From: Macrostomum hystrix
Taxonomy: Eukaryota > Animalia > Platyhelminthes
Assembly: GCA_950097015.1 (NCBI GenBank)
Contig: CATNEN010000039.1
Coordinates: 6,696,001-6,760,000, forward strand
Reading direction: 5' to 3'
DNA length: 64,000 nt
The translations under genes were made by a program, and so were the position numbers. A model generated the notes under the pieces. That model had not been told where the DNA came from and ran no database searches. It saw only the letters and a program-made list of their open reading frames with translations. Of the stretch, positions 1 through 13,165 are shown piece after piece. Each line of letters opens with the position of its first letter. Position 1 is the stretch's first letter.

Positions 1-215
1 CTCGGCCAGGGTTCTGGTACAGCCCAGCATCTCCTGCGTCATCACCAACCCGGAGCTCATGCGCAAGATCAGAGGTCAGTGAACATCTCGCAGTGAAGCC
101 ACTCGCCATAAAATACTGAGAATTTCTTTGTTGCGCAATAGTAATTCTAATTTGCTTCTTTTCTATTACAGATTCCGACAAGGGACAAACGAACTCATTT
201 GCTCAAGATGATTGA
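1..215 (+). CDS. Last two coding exons of an unidentified gene entering from the left (1-74, 172-215)
   Basis: Frame 2 reads SARVLVQPSISCVITNPELMRKIR, then AGAG|gtcagt ... ttctattacag|AT joins in phase 1 to give DSDKGQTNSFAQDD*. AATAAA at ~322. Confidence 0.5.
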
Positions 216-1804
216 ACAGCGAGTTGTTAAACATTTTAACATGTGATATGTAAATAACTCTTGTCCATCAGATGCTTGTGTCCAGCTAGCCAACTGCATA
301 CTATTTTGTTTGTTTTGCTTAAATAAAATTATATATTATTATTAGCTAATTACTTACTGCCTTTCCCTGACATGAAAGCTGAAATTCAACCAAATTTGAT
401 TATTTCAATACTTCTTCAATGCAAAGATAGTGCAATAGCAAGCTCAACTTCTATGACATTGCCATATTAACTAGCGAACAGCGCTATTACAGGACTCTGC
501 CATAGACAGGAGAATTATTGCACTATCGACAAGCACTATTGCACTCCGACCGTTAATTGTCTATGGTAAAATCTCCATTTTAACTCACTTATCGGTTAGA
601 CTATATGACAATGGTTTTTGCCAAGGACGGCTTGATAACTCAGGACGGGAAACGAGCCAATTCATGGCGAAAAAAAGTATAAGGCTCGTTTAAAAGCATT
701 GTTCTATGGCCCATCCAAAGCTACGAAAGCAAAGCAAATGATTGTCTCAAGAGTTCACCTTTCATACGAAAAGTGAGCGGTTGCTCAAACTCAGAGTAGG
801 AGCATTTACTCGTGAAAAATTGCTCAATTTATTTATACGGCCTATTGTGATGGAGTGCTGTGAGACTGGTACCAATTATATCCCAATTGCGGACTCGGGC
901 AAAACCAACGGCGATGCGGCGACGCCCTGATTAACGGCGACGCGGCCAGTTGTACCTTGTTTCCTTGTTCTTGTAAAGTACTTGTGTTGTGTTGAGCCTA
1001 ACAATCTAGACAGTGCTGAAGAGATCGCTCACATTACTTAGCTAATTGTTTTTGAACTGCTCCAATATTTCACCTGTCTTTCATTTCGAGAAATAGTACA
1101 GTATATTTTGTCGATGTACCCCTGCATAACTTATAGAATGTGCTCTTGAATCAAGAGCTTGTGCAAAATTTGTGAATAAATTGAGCGGCACCGCATAGTG
1201 TGCTTGATACTCGTATTTGACAGAAGGCTAAAAAACATTTTCGCTGTTATCTTATGGGCGTGAGTGACAGGGAATGGTGGGAGACAGAAAAGGGGTATGA
1301 GAGACTGAGAAAGGTGAGAGATAGAGAAAGGTCCTGATAAACGCCCTGATTAACGGCGATGCTGCTTGTTGGCATTATTTTCTGATGAGACAGGTGTTTA
1401 GCATTTACCATGCATTCCGAATCATTTTTGCCAACACCGGAAAGTTTGTATTTTATGTCTATGTACAGTTAGTGTCCTTATTTGTACAGCTGATTAGAAT
1501 TACAGTAAGTTTAGTAATGTAATAGTGTATTCATTATATTACGAGTATTATTGTTGCATTTTAGCGAATACGTTTCTTGCAATCGTTTTAAAATTAACTT
1601 TTTAAAAATAAAACTCAAGCCACTCTACTTGCTTTGGTTCAGTAAGTAGTCTGAGAAGACGAAAAAAGTTTAAACCACAACATTAATGCTTTAGTGTAAA
1701 AACACCGGCCTATTGATTTACGAGTGATATGTAGTAGATGTACTTTCTCTAAGAAGGGATTTTTTTTCAATTTTTCTGTCCACACCTAGATTTAGAAATA
1801 GTGA

Positions 1805-1874
1805 GACAGACAGACAGAACAGACAGACAGACAGACAGACACACAGACAGACAGCCAGGTAGACAGGCAGACAA
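1805..1874. repeat. (GACA)n microsatellite
   Basis: Visible acag/gaca repeats. Confidence 0.9.
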
Positions 1875-2639
1875 ATTTGTAACATGCGACTATTTTAACT
1901 GTGACAAAAGCATCTCGTAATTGGCCATCGTAAGCGGCAATCATGCGTGTTCGCAAACAGTATCTCACAGTAAATTATAACCCAGTAGAGCTCGTAGAGA
2001 CAAGAGACAAGAGTAAAAGCAAAAACCTGTTCACGAGACTGCTTGAGTAGGGCATTGAAGAATGACAGACTGGCTGTCAAATAGGGCTGCACTGGCCATT
2101 GTACCCAGGCCTGTGTGGTGAGGTCTGACCATAATTCCTACAACAGCTACCCCGATTATGGAGTAGATTGCATTGTGCGTGTATCCGATCCGGTTTTATC
2201 CAGCCATTTACTACTCAACCACTCTGACACATATGAAACATTTTCTAACTGGAACTCTCGTGGCTTACACAGCGAGTGGTAAAATGAGACGGAAACAAAC
2301 TCAATGAAAAGAGCAACGACCCGTGCCACTGTGTTAGGGCAATTTTTATTTGAAAAGTATGCGCGATTCGCATTGTCATATTAGGAGATATCGATTATAT
2401 TAAAATACGAGCTTATTAAACAAGGACAAGTTAATTAAACACACTATATATAGATAGCAGTTTGTTAAAATAGCATGGATGAATGAGACTCGAAAACGCA
2501 CTCACCAACAGCTCGTAAGCATTAATTTTTCAAGACAGATTTTTTTTCTGCTGTCAATTTTCCTTGCACAAAAGCAGAGCTGTTGCTGAGGAAATCAACT
2601 GCGAGTAACTGGGATAATTTTTACAAAAACAACAAGACG

Positions 2640-3083
2640 CAGCGCTCGCCTGGCGAGTGCAACACTGGGGTGGGTGACTGGCTTGTACATGCAGCGCTCG
2701 GCTGGCGAGTGCAACACTGGGACGGGTGGGGTGTGGTGGGGTGGGGTGGGGTGTGGTGGGGTGGGTGACTGGCTTGTACATGCAGCGCTCAGCTGGCGAG
2801 TGCAATACTGGGACGGGTTGGGTGTGGTGGGGTGGGTGACTGGCTTGTACATGCAGCGCTCGGTTGGCGAGTGCAACACTGGGACGGGTGGGGTGTGGTG
2901 GGGTGGGTGACTGGCTTGTACATGCAGCGCTCGGCTGGCGAGTGCAACACTGGGACGGGTGGGGTGTGGTGGGGTGGGTGACTGGCTTGTACATGCAGCG
3001 CTCAGCTGGCGAGTGCAACACTGGGACGGGTTGGGTGTGGTGGGGTGGGGTGGGTGAATGGCTTGTAGATGCAGCGCTCGCCA
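2640..3083 (-). repeat. Minisatellite (52-75 bp units), displaced copy of the IPMK intron1/exon2 junction repeat
   Basis: Unit ggcttgtacatgcagcgctcggctggcgagtgcaacactggg...gtgggtgact is near-identical to the units at 5891-6302. Confidence 0.95.
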
Positions 3084-3754
3084 GATGAACCTGCAAATAT
3101 ATGTCGGCTTTACTGGCATATTTATATGATCTTTGCTAATAAACAATTAACAAAACACGATCCTCGTCCGAATAATAAAATATTTTTTTAATTTGAATCG
3201 GCGCCAAATAAAGACAGTCAATAATAATTCATTTGAATATTTCATTTGACCAATTGAAGGTTGAACAGCTGCTGCTTTCAGAAAAGACTTGAAAGGGAAA
3301 TTCCTTTCTAATTACCTCTGCATACCTCAGCACGTGACTAGTTTAAGCCAATCAAAATTCGACCGGCTTGTGTTTTATCAGGCCTAAGCCTTATCAGATA
3401 AAACATTTCTGACGTAACTTGGCGCCGATTTAAATTTCTTGTTGCTACCCAGAAGGCAAAATAGTTCGCGTAAGCGTTTAGGCAGATTAAGAAAAAAGGC
3501 ATACAACGGAAATGCTTTTCAAGTATGACTACTGTTTCACTAAGGATTGTGGAATATGGAGACGGATGCGTAACACAGCCAATGCCAATTTTGGGACTGT
3601 TGTTAAATAGAGCGAGAATTCCTAAAAAAATGGGATAAGCCTCGTGCAACCTAGTAGTTTTACTTGACAGGGAAGGATATTAAAATGAAAAAATACTCAT
3701 CACCAGTGTAGAAAATCTGGTTCGAATTTGAACTAAGCAAGGCAGAAAGAGCCA

Positions 3755-6700
3755 TCACTCGAGCTGGTAATCTCGCAGCAGTCCTATCAGCGTGCGCAGT
3801 CCAACCAAATAGTTGTCATCATGGCAACCGTTGCCAGGCACCGCATGAGTGAAGTCAATCATAGCCGCTAGGGCAATCGGCGGACGATAATTAGCGTTTG
3901 AGAACCGAGAAGAATTCTCTGAGTCCAACGGATCCGCTGTTGAGCGATCGCTGGTAGCTGTTTCTGACGAATCACCGTTGGACAATGCTCTGTGCGGCGG
4001 CAGATCTCCGTTGGCCTGACCAGGCGAGGATTGAAGAGGATGGACAGTCTGCAGCGATGACGCAACAGCCGATGTCGAAGAGTCGTCGCTAACCTTGGCT
4101 TCTTGCTCGCGCTCCAACGTCACCGCTGGCAGACTAGGCGAACCGGCATCGTCCAGAGACGAGGCCTCCGACGAAGCGTCATCGAGGGCGGCCCGGCAAG
4201 ACTCGACGGCCAGCAGTACGGAGCTGGCGTAGAAGTGGAAAGTTGTCTGGCGCTCGAACCAGGCGAGCAGGCGCTGCAGCTGTTCCAGCAGTTGGCGAAC
4301 TGCTCGACGACGATGAGCGCCACGGGGCACCGAGGACAGGAAGGGAGGCATCACATCCGTGTGCAGGCGCTCCGGAGTCACCTAAATCAGAGTTGGAGAG
4401 TGAGCCACTGCTTAGGGGTCACTAGCTGTCACTTGCCTTATATGCTAGGTAGCTTACCTGTTTCACCGTGAGCGAAGGCTTTGACAGGAAAATGATCACG
4501 GGGGGTATTTCAAATACATCATTCGTTGTTCTGTATCTCCTACAATATTCAACCAATAGCCATGCAAATCCAGAACACGGGCTAAAATTTTCCGCTATTC
4601 AAGAAGCAACTTCCAGAATCGCAAAACATCGGCATCGTCGAGATATTCAACCATTCTCGTCGAGGTGTCTGGTGTCGCAAAAATAGGCAAACATTTTCTG
4701 CTTATAAAATCTTATCATGTAACCACATCGGCTACTGATTGTTGACTATATTGTATTGATTATATTATTTATTCATACAATTATGAACCGATATGGATTC
4801 ACCAAAGAGGTTTATACAGAGAAATGTTATTTGTATTGTTACTAGGGTCTTCGGCAATAGTCGCTGAATATCTCGACGATGATGACTCGGACGGCTTTGA
4901 AAGTTAGTTAATTTTCTATTCAGATGGTGGACTTTCGCCAAAATCGGTCATTCGGTTTGGGTCCTTTGGGAGCTATTGTGAAATACCCCCCGAGGCCCCG
5001 TGACACCGTCAGGTCAGTTTCCTCTCTGCCCCGCCAGCGTATGTACTTTTAGCGTCCTCGCGCTCCCCCTACCAGGGATGAGTCATCACCTCACTGTTCC
5101 ATCCTGGCGACTCTTTGTTCGCTCGTTCCCTCCCCCCTTTCTCGTACGTGCCTGGCGTCAGCAGTCACGTGTTTCGTGTCACGTGACTGGCCTCTTTGGC
5201 TTTAAAAGTACATTAGGCATGTTTCGATTCGATAACATTGAGTAAGTCTTAGCTCATCATGGGCTGAGTAGTAGAGTAATTGAAGCGTTTTGCCTTTGCC
5301 ACACTAATTTGGGGACCTTAGAAGTATGTCGTACAATTTATGCTCTTGAAAGCCAATAATGGCACATAGTTAGTGCACATAGACGGCCTGAAAATAAAAA
5401 GTCAGGGCAGATGTACACACCTGTGCGAGTGCGTGCCTGAGTACGGTATCTGCCAATTTGTGTGCTCAAGAGTCATTGGAACAGGAAGAATTTCTAATAA
5501 TAATTATCTCATGAGCTCACATTGGCCCAGTGCCGCTTGCCCAGGTGCTCATAGCTCTGCTGATCCTCGCGCCAAGCCCGCAGCCCGGTGACCAAGAAGC
5601 CGACGCTCTCCCGGTGCCGATATTTGGACAACTCCGTGGCGCGCTTCTTCTCTGAAGCGTCTGGCTCGTAGCTTCTGGCGCCCATCTTCAGGTCCATCAC
5701 GGACGGCTGCACGAAGTCCGCTAGCAGGTCGTCCAGTCGCAGGTAGCGGCGGCCCGACTCGTCGCAGTAGACGCCACCGAAGGCTGGAAGAAGGCAACGC
5801 AACTCTGCCAGGTCGGCGCTGTCGCCACTGTCGATGGAGAAGACGCTGCGGTAGAACTGAATTTCGCGATCGCCCTTCGGCGCAGCCTGGACTGGTTTGT
5901 AGATGCAGCGCTCGCCTGGCGAGTGCAACACTGGGTTGGGTGGGGTGGGGTGGGTGACTGGCTTGTAGATGCAGCGCTCGCCTGGCGAGTGCAACACTGG
6001 GGTGGGTGACTGGCTTGTAGATGCAGCGCTCGGCTGGCGAGTGCAACACTGGGTTGGGTGGGGTGGGTGACTGGCTTGTAGATGCAGCGCTCGCTTGGCG
6101 AGTGCAACACTGGGGTTGGTGACTGGCTTGTAGATGCAGCGCTCGGCTGGCGAGTGCAACACTGAGGTGGGTGGGGTGGGTGAGTGGCTTGTAGATTCAG
6201 CGCTCGTCACCCGAGTGCAACACTGTGGTGAAGTGGGTGACTGGCTTGTAGATGCAGTGCTTGGCTGGCGAGTGCAGCACTAGCTAAGGTGGGTGGGTGA
6301 CCAGCTTGGATTCTGACTATGGACTGACTAACAGCTGGTTAGAGCATGTAATGTTGTTAAATAAACAGAAATGTTCAAGGCTGCAAGAGTTTATTAAGTG
6401 AGGATATCATTCTGGAAAAGTATGTGATCAGCATCAATCTTTATTAATATTTAAGAATTAAAAGGTCCAAGTAAACAAAATATAAAACCATGAATACTTA
6501 CACTGTGGCTTTGACTTCTTTATGTTACTTTCTAAAAGAAATTGTGGAGTGAAGTTTGTTAGAGTACATGAAAGTAGCTACGCCTAGCTTATTTAAAGCC
6601 TTTGGTGTCTTTGTAGCCAGCTATTGCTGAGAAAGTAATAGGCATAGCTAGTTAGCTAAGTAAAAACTTACCACATCTTTGAGTGTAACCATGTCCTGCA

Positions 6701-6756
6701 ACTTGATGTTCATAGATAGCCAAGTCTTTTGGGATTTGAATCAAACTTGAATCCAT
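3755..6756 (-). CDS. IPMK: Inositol polyphosphate multikinase (IPK family), ~373 aa; exons 6756-6672, 5930-5521, 4381-3755
   Basis: Motifs HQVAGH (exon 1), KPVQ..KG.RE..FY, PSVMDLKMG (PxxxDxKxG), SSVLL, MIDFTH and DDNYLVGL. Splice sites G|gtaagt, cccag|TG, AAT|gtgagc and tttag|GTG keep the frame (85+410+627 nt). Confidence 0.93.
4499..4992. mobile_element. MITE-like element in IPMK intron 2
   Basis: Terminal inverted repeats cggggggtatttca / tgaaataccccccg. Internal inverted pair catcgtcgagatattca (~4633) / tgaatatctcgacgatg (~4865). Part of it recurs at ~47711-47760. Confidence 0.7.
5891..6302 (-). repeat. Tandem repeat of the IPMK intron 1 acceptor plus the first ~40 nt of exon 2 (7 units)
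   Basis: On the minus strand each unit reads (y)ag|TG(T/C)TGCACTCG...GCTGCATCTACAAGCCAGTC. The last unit is the real coding start VLHSPGERCIYKPV. Confidence 0.95.
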
Positions 6757-7744
6757 TGTATAAACAATTATCTAAAAAATGACAGAATTAGTCATTAGTT
6801 TTTAGTACAAAAAAGAACACTGAAATAAAAAATGCTTTTACAATGTCCCAAACCTAAAAAGATAACTACTACAAGCTAACAACTGATAACTTTGAGATCC
6901 CTCTTTCTCTTCATGTAGGCATATGACAATCCAAGCATGCTTCTAAATCAAGGCTTAGCAAATTTATAGCCCATATTGGCCAAAGCCATAGAATGCATAG
7001 ATAGGCATAGGCATAGCATACACCTCTAGATAAGAAATAGTTACGATACTATTTGAATATTGAACAAGCTATTTATCTAAGATTCACTTAGTATTTTTTA
7101 ATAAATTGGTTACGTACGCCATAAACTTATAATTATTTACTCGCTTTTTAAACTATGTAGGCTTAATATTCATTTTCGCGCATTTTTTGTTATAGAACCT
7201 AGAATATTGCGAAAACAAACTTCAACATTTGGTACCTTAATTAATAACAAGAAACATCAAACGCGTCAGAAGTCTGTGTTCGTTTGGTCGCGATAGCAAG
7301 TATGGACGACAATCGGTCAATGGCTATAACACAGTCTGATCAACAAACAACAAGATGATCATCTGATTAAATTATGCAAAGTTAAGAAAAATCGAAAAGC
7401 TAGTGTAAATGTATACCAGAGAAAAGTAAATAACTGCATCACGTTGACAGTATGTAGAGATACAGTATTTTTTAACGCTCAGTTAAATAAAAAGCTAGAT
7501 TATGGCATGAAAAACTATTTTGCAGATACTTTTGTTTTAATAGACATAAAAATGCGTTACCGATTTAGTTTAATTCCCGATTCCGAGAAATTAAGAAAAT
7601 GTCAACGCCCATCCATAGCTGAGCTGTGCGGGTAGAAAATTATAGTAATTGACTAGCAAGTTTTGCCCCCCTTCGGAGAGCAGAAATACTTTTAATTCGT
7701 CTAGTATATACTTTTTAGCAGCTGAATTTACAGCTTTTTAAAGC

Positions 7745-8932
7745 TACAATGAACCCCCAGTTGACAATGATCCCCCAGTTGACAATGATCCCCCAGTTGA
7801 CAATGAACCCCCAGTTGACAATGAACCCCCAGTTGACAACGATCCCCCAGTTGACAATGATCCCCCATTTGACAATGATCCCCCAGTTGACAATGATCCC
7901 ACAGTTGACAATGATCCCCCAGTTGACAAAGATCCCCCAGTTCACAATGATCACCCAGTTGATGATGATCCCCCAGTTGATGATGATCCCCCAGTTGAAA
8001 ATGATCCCCCAGTTGACAATGATCCCCCAGTTGACAATGATCCCCCAGTTAACAAAGATCCCCCAGTTCACAATGATCCCCCAGTTGATGAAGTCTCCCC
8101 ATTGATGATGATCCCCAGTTAACAATGTTCCTCCATTTGACAATGTTCCCCCAGTTGACAATGATCCCCCAGTTGATGATGATCACCCAGTTGACAATGA
8201 TCCCCCAGTTGACAATGATCCCCCAGTTGAGAATGATCCCCCAGTTGACAATGATCCCCCAGTTAACAAAGATCCCCCAGTTCACAATGGTCCCCCAGTT
8301 GATGAAGTCTCCCCATTGATGATGATCCCTAGTTAACAATGTTCCTCCAGTTGACAATGTTCCCCCAGTTGACAATGATCCCCCAGTTGACAATGATCCC
8401 CCAGTTGACAACGATCCCCCAGTTGACAATGATCCCCCAGTTGACAATGATCCCCCAGTTGACAATGATCCCACAGTATACAATGATCCCCCAGTTGACA
8501 AAGATCCCCCAGTTCACAATGATCCCCCAGTTGACAAAGATCCCCCAGTTCTCAATGATCCCCCAGTTGATGATGATCCCCAGTTGATGATGATTCCCCA
8601 GTTGACAATTATCCCCCAGTTGACCATTACCCCCCAGTTGACAATGATCTCTCAGTTCACAATGATCCCCCAGTTGACAATGATCCCCCAGTTGACAATG
8701 AACCCCCAGTTGACAATGAACCCCCAGTTGACAAAGATCCCCCAGTTGACAATGATCCCCCATTTGACAATGATCCCCCAGTTGACAATGATCCCCCAGT
8801 TGACAATGATCCCCCAGTTGACAATGATCCCCCAGTTGACAATGATCCCCCAGTCGACAATTATCCCCCAGTTTACCATGATCCCCCAGTTCACCATGAT
8901 CCCCATTTTGATGATGACTCCCCAGTTGACGT
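7745..8932. repeat. 18-bp minisatellite (ccccagttgacaatgatc)
   Basis: Direct inspection; ~65 units. Confidence 0.97.
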
Positions 8933-8939
8933 TGATTTT

Positions 8940-11900
8940 TCAAACGCTGGGTTAGCCAAGATTCAAACTCAGGTTTCGCCATGTTTTAAACCCTGGTGGG
9001 CTATGATTCAAACTCTCGTTTTGCCATGATTCAGACTCTGGTTGGCTATGATTCAAACTCTGGTTTAGCCAAGATTCAAACTCTGGTTGGCTATGATTCA
9101 AACTCTGGTTTAGCCATGATTCAAACGCTGGGTTAGCCATGATTGAAACTCGGTTTTTGCCATGATTCAAACTCTGGTTTAGCCATGATTCAAACGCTGG
9201 GTTAGCCATGATTGAAACTCTGGTTTAGCCAAGATTCAAACTCTGGTTTAGCCATGATTCAGACTCTGGTTTAGCCATGATTCAAACTCTGGTGTAGCCA
9301 TTATTCAAACTCTGGTTTAGCCATGATTCAAACTCTAGTTTAGCCATGATTCAGACTCTGGTTTAGCCATGATTCAAACTCTGGTGTAGCCATTATTCAA
9401 ACTCTGGTTTAGCCATGATTCAAACTCTAGTTTAGCCATGCTGATGATGATGGTTTAGCCATGATTCAAACTCTAGTTTAGCCATGCTGATGATGATGGT
9501 TTAGCCATGATTTAGTCTCTGGTTTAGCCATGATTCAAACTCTGGTTTAGCCATGATTCAGACTCTGGTTTAGCCATGATTCAAACTCTGGTGTTGCCAA
9601 TATTCAAACTCTGGTTTAGCCATGATTCAAACTCTGGTTTAGCCATGATTCAGACGCTGGTTTAGCCATGATTCAGACGCTGGTTTAGCCATGATTCAAA
9701 CTCTGGTTTAGCCATGGTTCAAACTCTGGTTTAGCCATGATTCAGACTCTAGTTTAGCCATGATTCAGACTCTGGTTTAGCCATGATTCAGACTCTAGTT
9801 TAGCCATGATTCAGACTCTGGTTTAGCCATGATTCAGACTCTGGTTTAGCCATGATTCAGACTCTATTTTAGCAATGATTCAGACTATGGTTTAGCCATG
9901 ATTCAGACTCTAGGTTAGCCATGATTCAAACGTTGGTTTAGCCATGATTCAGACTCTGGTTTAGCCATGACTCAAACTCTGGTTTAGCCATGGTTCAAAC
10001 TCTGGTTTAGCCATGATTCAGACTCTAGTTTAGCCATGATTCAGACTCTGGTTTAGCCATGATTCAGACTCTAGTTTAGCCATGATTCAGACTCTGGTTT
10101 AGCCATGATTCAGACTCTGGTTTAGCCATGATTCAGACTCTATTTTAGCAATGATTCAGACTATGGTTTAGCCATGATTCAGACTCTAGGTTAGCCATGA
10201 TTCAAACGTTGGTTTAGCCATGATTCAGACTCTGGTTTAGCCATGACTCAAACTCTGGTTTAGCCATGATTCAAACTCTGGTTTAGCCATGATTCAAACT
10301 CTGGTTTAGCCATGATTCAAACTCTGGTTTAGCCATGATTCAAACTCTGGTTAAGCCATGATTCAAACTCTGGTTTAGCCATGATTCAAACTCTGGTTTA
10401 GCCATGATTCAGACTCTGGTTTAGCCATGATTCAGACTCTGGTTTAGCCATGATTCAAGATCTGGTTTAGCCATGATTCAAACTCTGGTGTAGCCATTAT
10501 TCAAACTCTGGTTTAGCCATGATTCAAACTCTAGTTTAGCCATGCTGATGATGATGGTTTAGCCATGATTCAAACTCTAGTTTAGCCATGCTGATGATGA
10601 TGGTTTAGCCATGATTTAGTCTCTGGTTTAGCCATGATTCAAACTCTGGTTTAGCCATGATTCAGACGCTGGTTTAGCCATGATTCAAACTCTGGTGTTG
10701 CCAATATTCAAACTCTGGTTTAGCCATGATTCAAACTCTGGTTTAGCCATGATTCAGACGCTGGTTTAGCCATGATTCAGACGCTGGTTTAGCCATGATT
10801 CAGACTCTGGTTTAGCCATGATTCAAACTCTAGTTTAGCCATGATTCAAGATCTGGTTTAGCCATGATTCAAACTCTGGTGTAGCCATGCTGATGATGAT
10901 GGTTTGGCCATGATTTAGTCTCTGGTTTAGCCATGATTCAAACTCTGGTTTAGCCATGATTCAGACGCTGGTTTAGCCATGATTCAAACTCTGGTGTTGC
11001 CAATATTCAAACTCTGGTTTAGCCATGATTCAAACTCTGGTTTAGCCATGATTCAGACGCTGGTTTAGCCATGATTCAGACGCTGGTTTAGCCATGATTC
11101 AAACTCTGGTTTAGCCATGGTTCAAACTCTGGTTTAGCCATGATTCAGACTCTAGTTTAGCCATGATTCAGACTCTGGTTTAGCCATGATTCAGACTCTA
11201 GTTTAGCCATGATTCAGACTCTGGTTTAGCCATGATTCAGACTCTGGTTTAGCCATGATTCAGACTCTATTTTAGCAATGATTCAGACTATGGTTTAGCC
11301 ATGATTCAGACTCTAGGTTAGCCATGATTCAAACGTTGGTTTAGCCATGATTCAGACTCTGGTTTAGCCATGACTCAAACTCTGGTTTAGCCATGGTTCA
11401 AACTCTGGTTTAGCCATGATTCAGACTCTAGTTTAGCCATGATTCAGACTCTGGTTTAGCCATGATTCAGACTCTAGTTTAGCCATGATTCAGACTCTGG
11501 TTTAGCCATGATTCAGACTCTGGTTTAGCCATGATTCAGACTCTATTTTAGCAATGATTCAGACTATGGTTTAGCCATGATTCAGACTCTAGGTTAGCCA
11601 TGATTCAAACGTTGGTTTAGCCATGATTCAGACTCTGGTTTAGCCATGACTCAAACTCTGGTTTAGCCATGATTCAAACTCTGGTTTAGCCATGATTCAA
11701 ACTCTGGTTTAGCCATGATTCAAACTCTGGTTTAGCCATGATTCAAACTCTGGTTAAGCCATGATTCAAACTCTGGTTTAGCCATGATTCAAACTCTGGT
11801 TTAGCCATGATTCAGACTCTGGTTTAGCCATGATTCAGACTCTGGTTTAGCCATGATTCAAGATCTGGTTTAGCCATGATTCAAACTCTGGTGTAGCCAT

Positions 11901-13165
11901 TATTCAAACTCTGGTTTAGCCATGATTCAAACTCTAGTTTAGCCATGCTGATGATGATGGTTTAGCCATGATTCAAACTCTAGTTTAGCCATGCTGATGA
12001 TGATGGTTTAGCCATGATTTAGTCTCTGGTTTAGCCATGATTCAAACTCTGGTTTAGCCATGATTCAGACGCTGGTTTAGCCATGATTCAAACTCTGGTG
12101 TTGCCAATATTCAAACTCTGGTTTAGCCATGATTCAAACTCTGGTTTAGCCATGATTCAGACGCTGGTTTAGCCATGATTCAGACGCTGGTTTAGCCATG
12201 ATTCAGACTCTGGTTTAGCCATGATTCAAACTCTAGTTTAGCCATGATTCAAGATCTGGTTTAGCCATGATTCAAACTCTGGTGTAGCCATGCTGATGAT
12301 GATGGTTTGGCCATGATTTAGTCTCTGGTTTAGCCATGATTCAAACTCTGGTTTAGCCATGATTCAGACGCTGGTTTAGCCATGATTCAAACTCTGGTGT
12401 TGCCAATATTCAAACTCTGGTTTAGCCATGATTCAAACTCTGGTTTAGCCATGATTCAGACGCTGGTTTAGCCATGATTCAGACGCTGGTTTAGCCATGA
12501 TTCAAACTCTGGTTTAGCCATGGTTCAAACTCTGGTTTAGCCATGATTCAGACTCTAGTTTAGCCATGATTCAGACTCTGGTTTAGCCATGATTCAGACT
12601 CTAGTTTAGCCATGATTCAGACTCTGGTTTAGCCATGATTCAGACTCTATTTTAGCAATGATTCAGACTATGGTTTAGCCATGATTCAGACTCTAGGTTA
12701 GCCATGATTCAAACGTTGGTTTAGCCATGATTCAGACTCTGGTTTAGCCATGACTCAAACTCTGGTTTAGCCATGATTCAAACTCTGGTTTAGCCATGAT
12801 TCAAACTCTGGTTAAGCCATGATTCAGACTCTGGTTTAGCCATGATTCAAACTCTGCTTTAGCCATGATTCAGACGCTGGTTTAGCCATGATTCAGACTC
12901 TGGTTTAGCCATGATTCAAACTCTGGTTAAGCCATGATTCAGACTCTGGTTTAGCCATGATTCAAACTCTGGTTTAGCCATGATTCAGACTCTGGTTTAG
13001 CCATGATTCAAACTCTGGTTTAGCCATGATTCAAACTCTGGTTTAGCCATGATTCAAACTCTGGTTTAGCAATGATTCAGACTCTGGTTTAGCCATGATT
13101 CAGACGCTGGTTTAGCCATGATTCAAGCTCTATTTTTGCCATGATTCAAATTCAGGTTTGCTATG
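8940..13165. repeat. 23-bp satellite (ggtttagccatgattcaaactct) with higher-order structure
   Basis: ~180 units; variant blocks recur at 9377, 10481 and 11884. Confidence 0.97.

Noticed and set aside
922-1361. 19-bp direct repeat acgccctgattaacggcga at ~922 and ~1341
   Set aside because: Probably a fragment of a non-autonomous element; no termini or second copy are available to classify it.
7715-8982. Hexapeptide-repeat-like ORFs (WGIIVN, LGDHCQ)
   Set aside because: Products of an 18-bp array, with frameshifts and no splice or terminal structure.
8940-13165. A-box and B-box in the 23-mer (minus strand TGGCTAAACCAG / GAGTTTGAATC)
   Set aside because: The A-box consensus is too degenerate to be informative, and the B-box lacks the invariant C.
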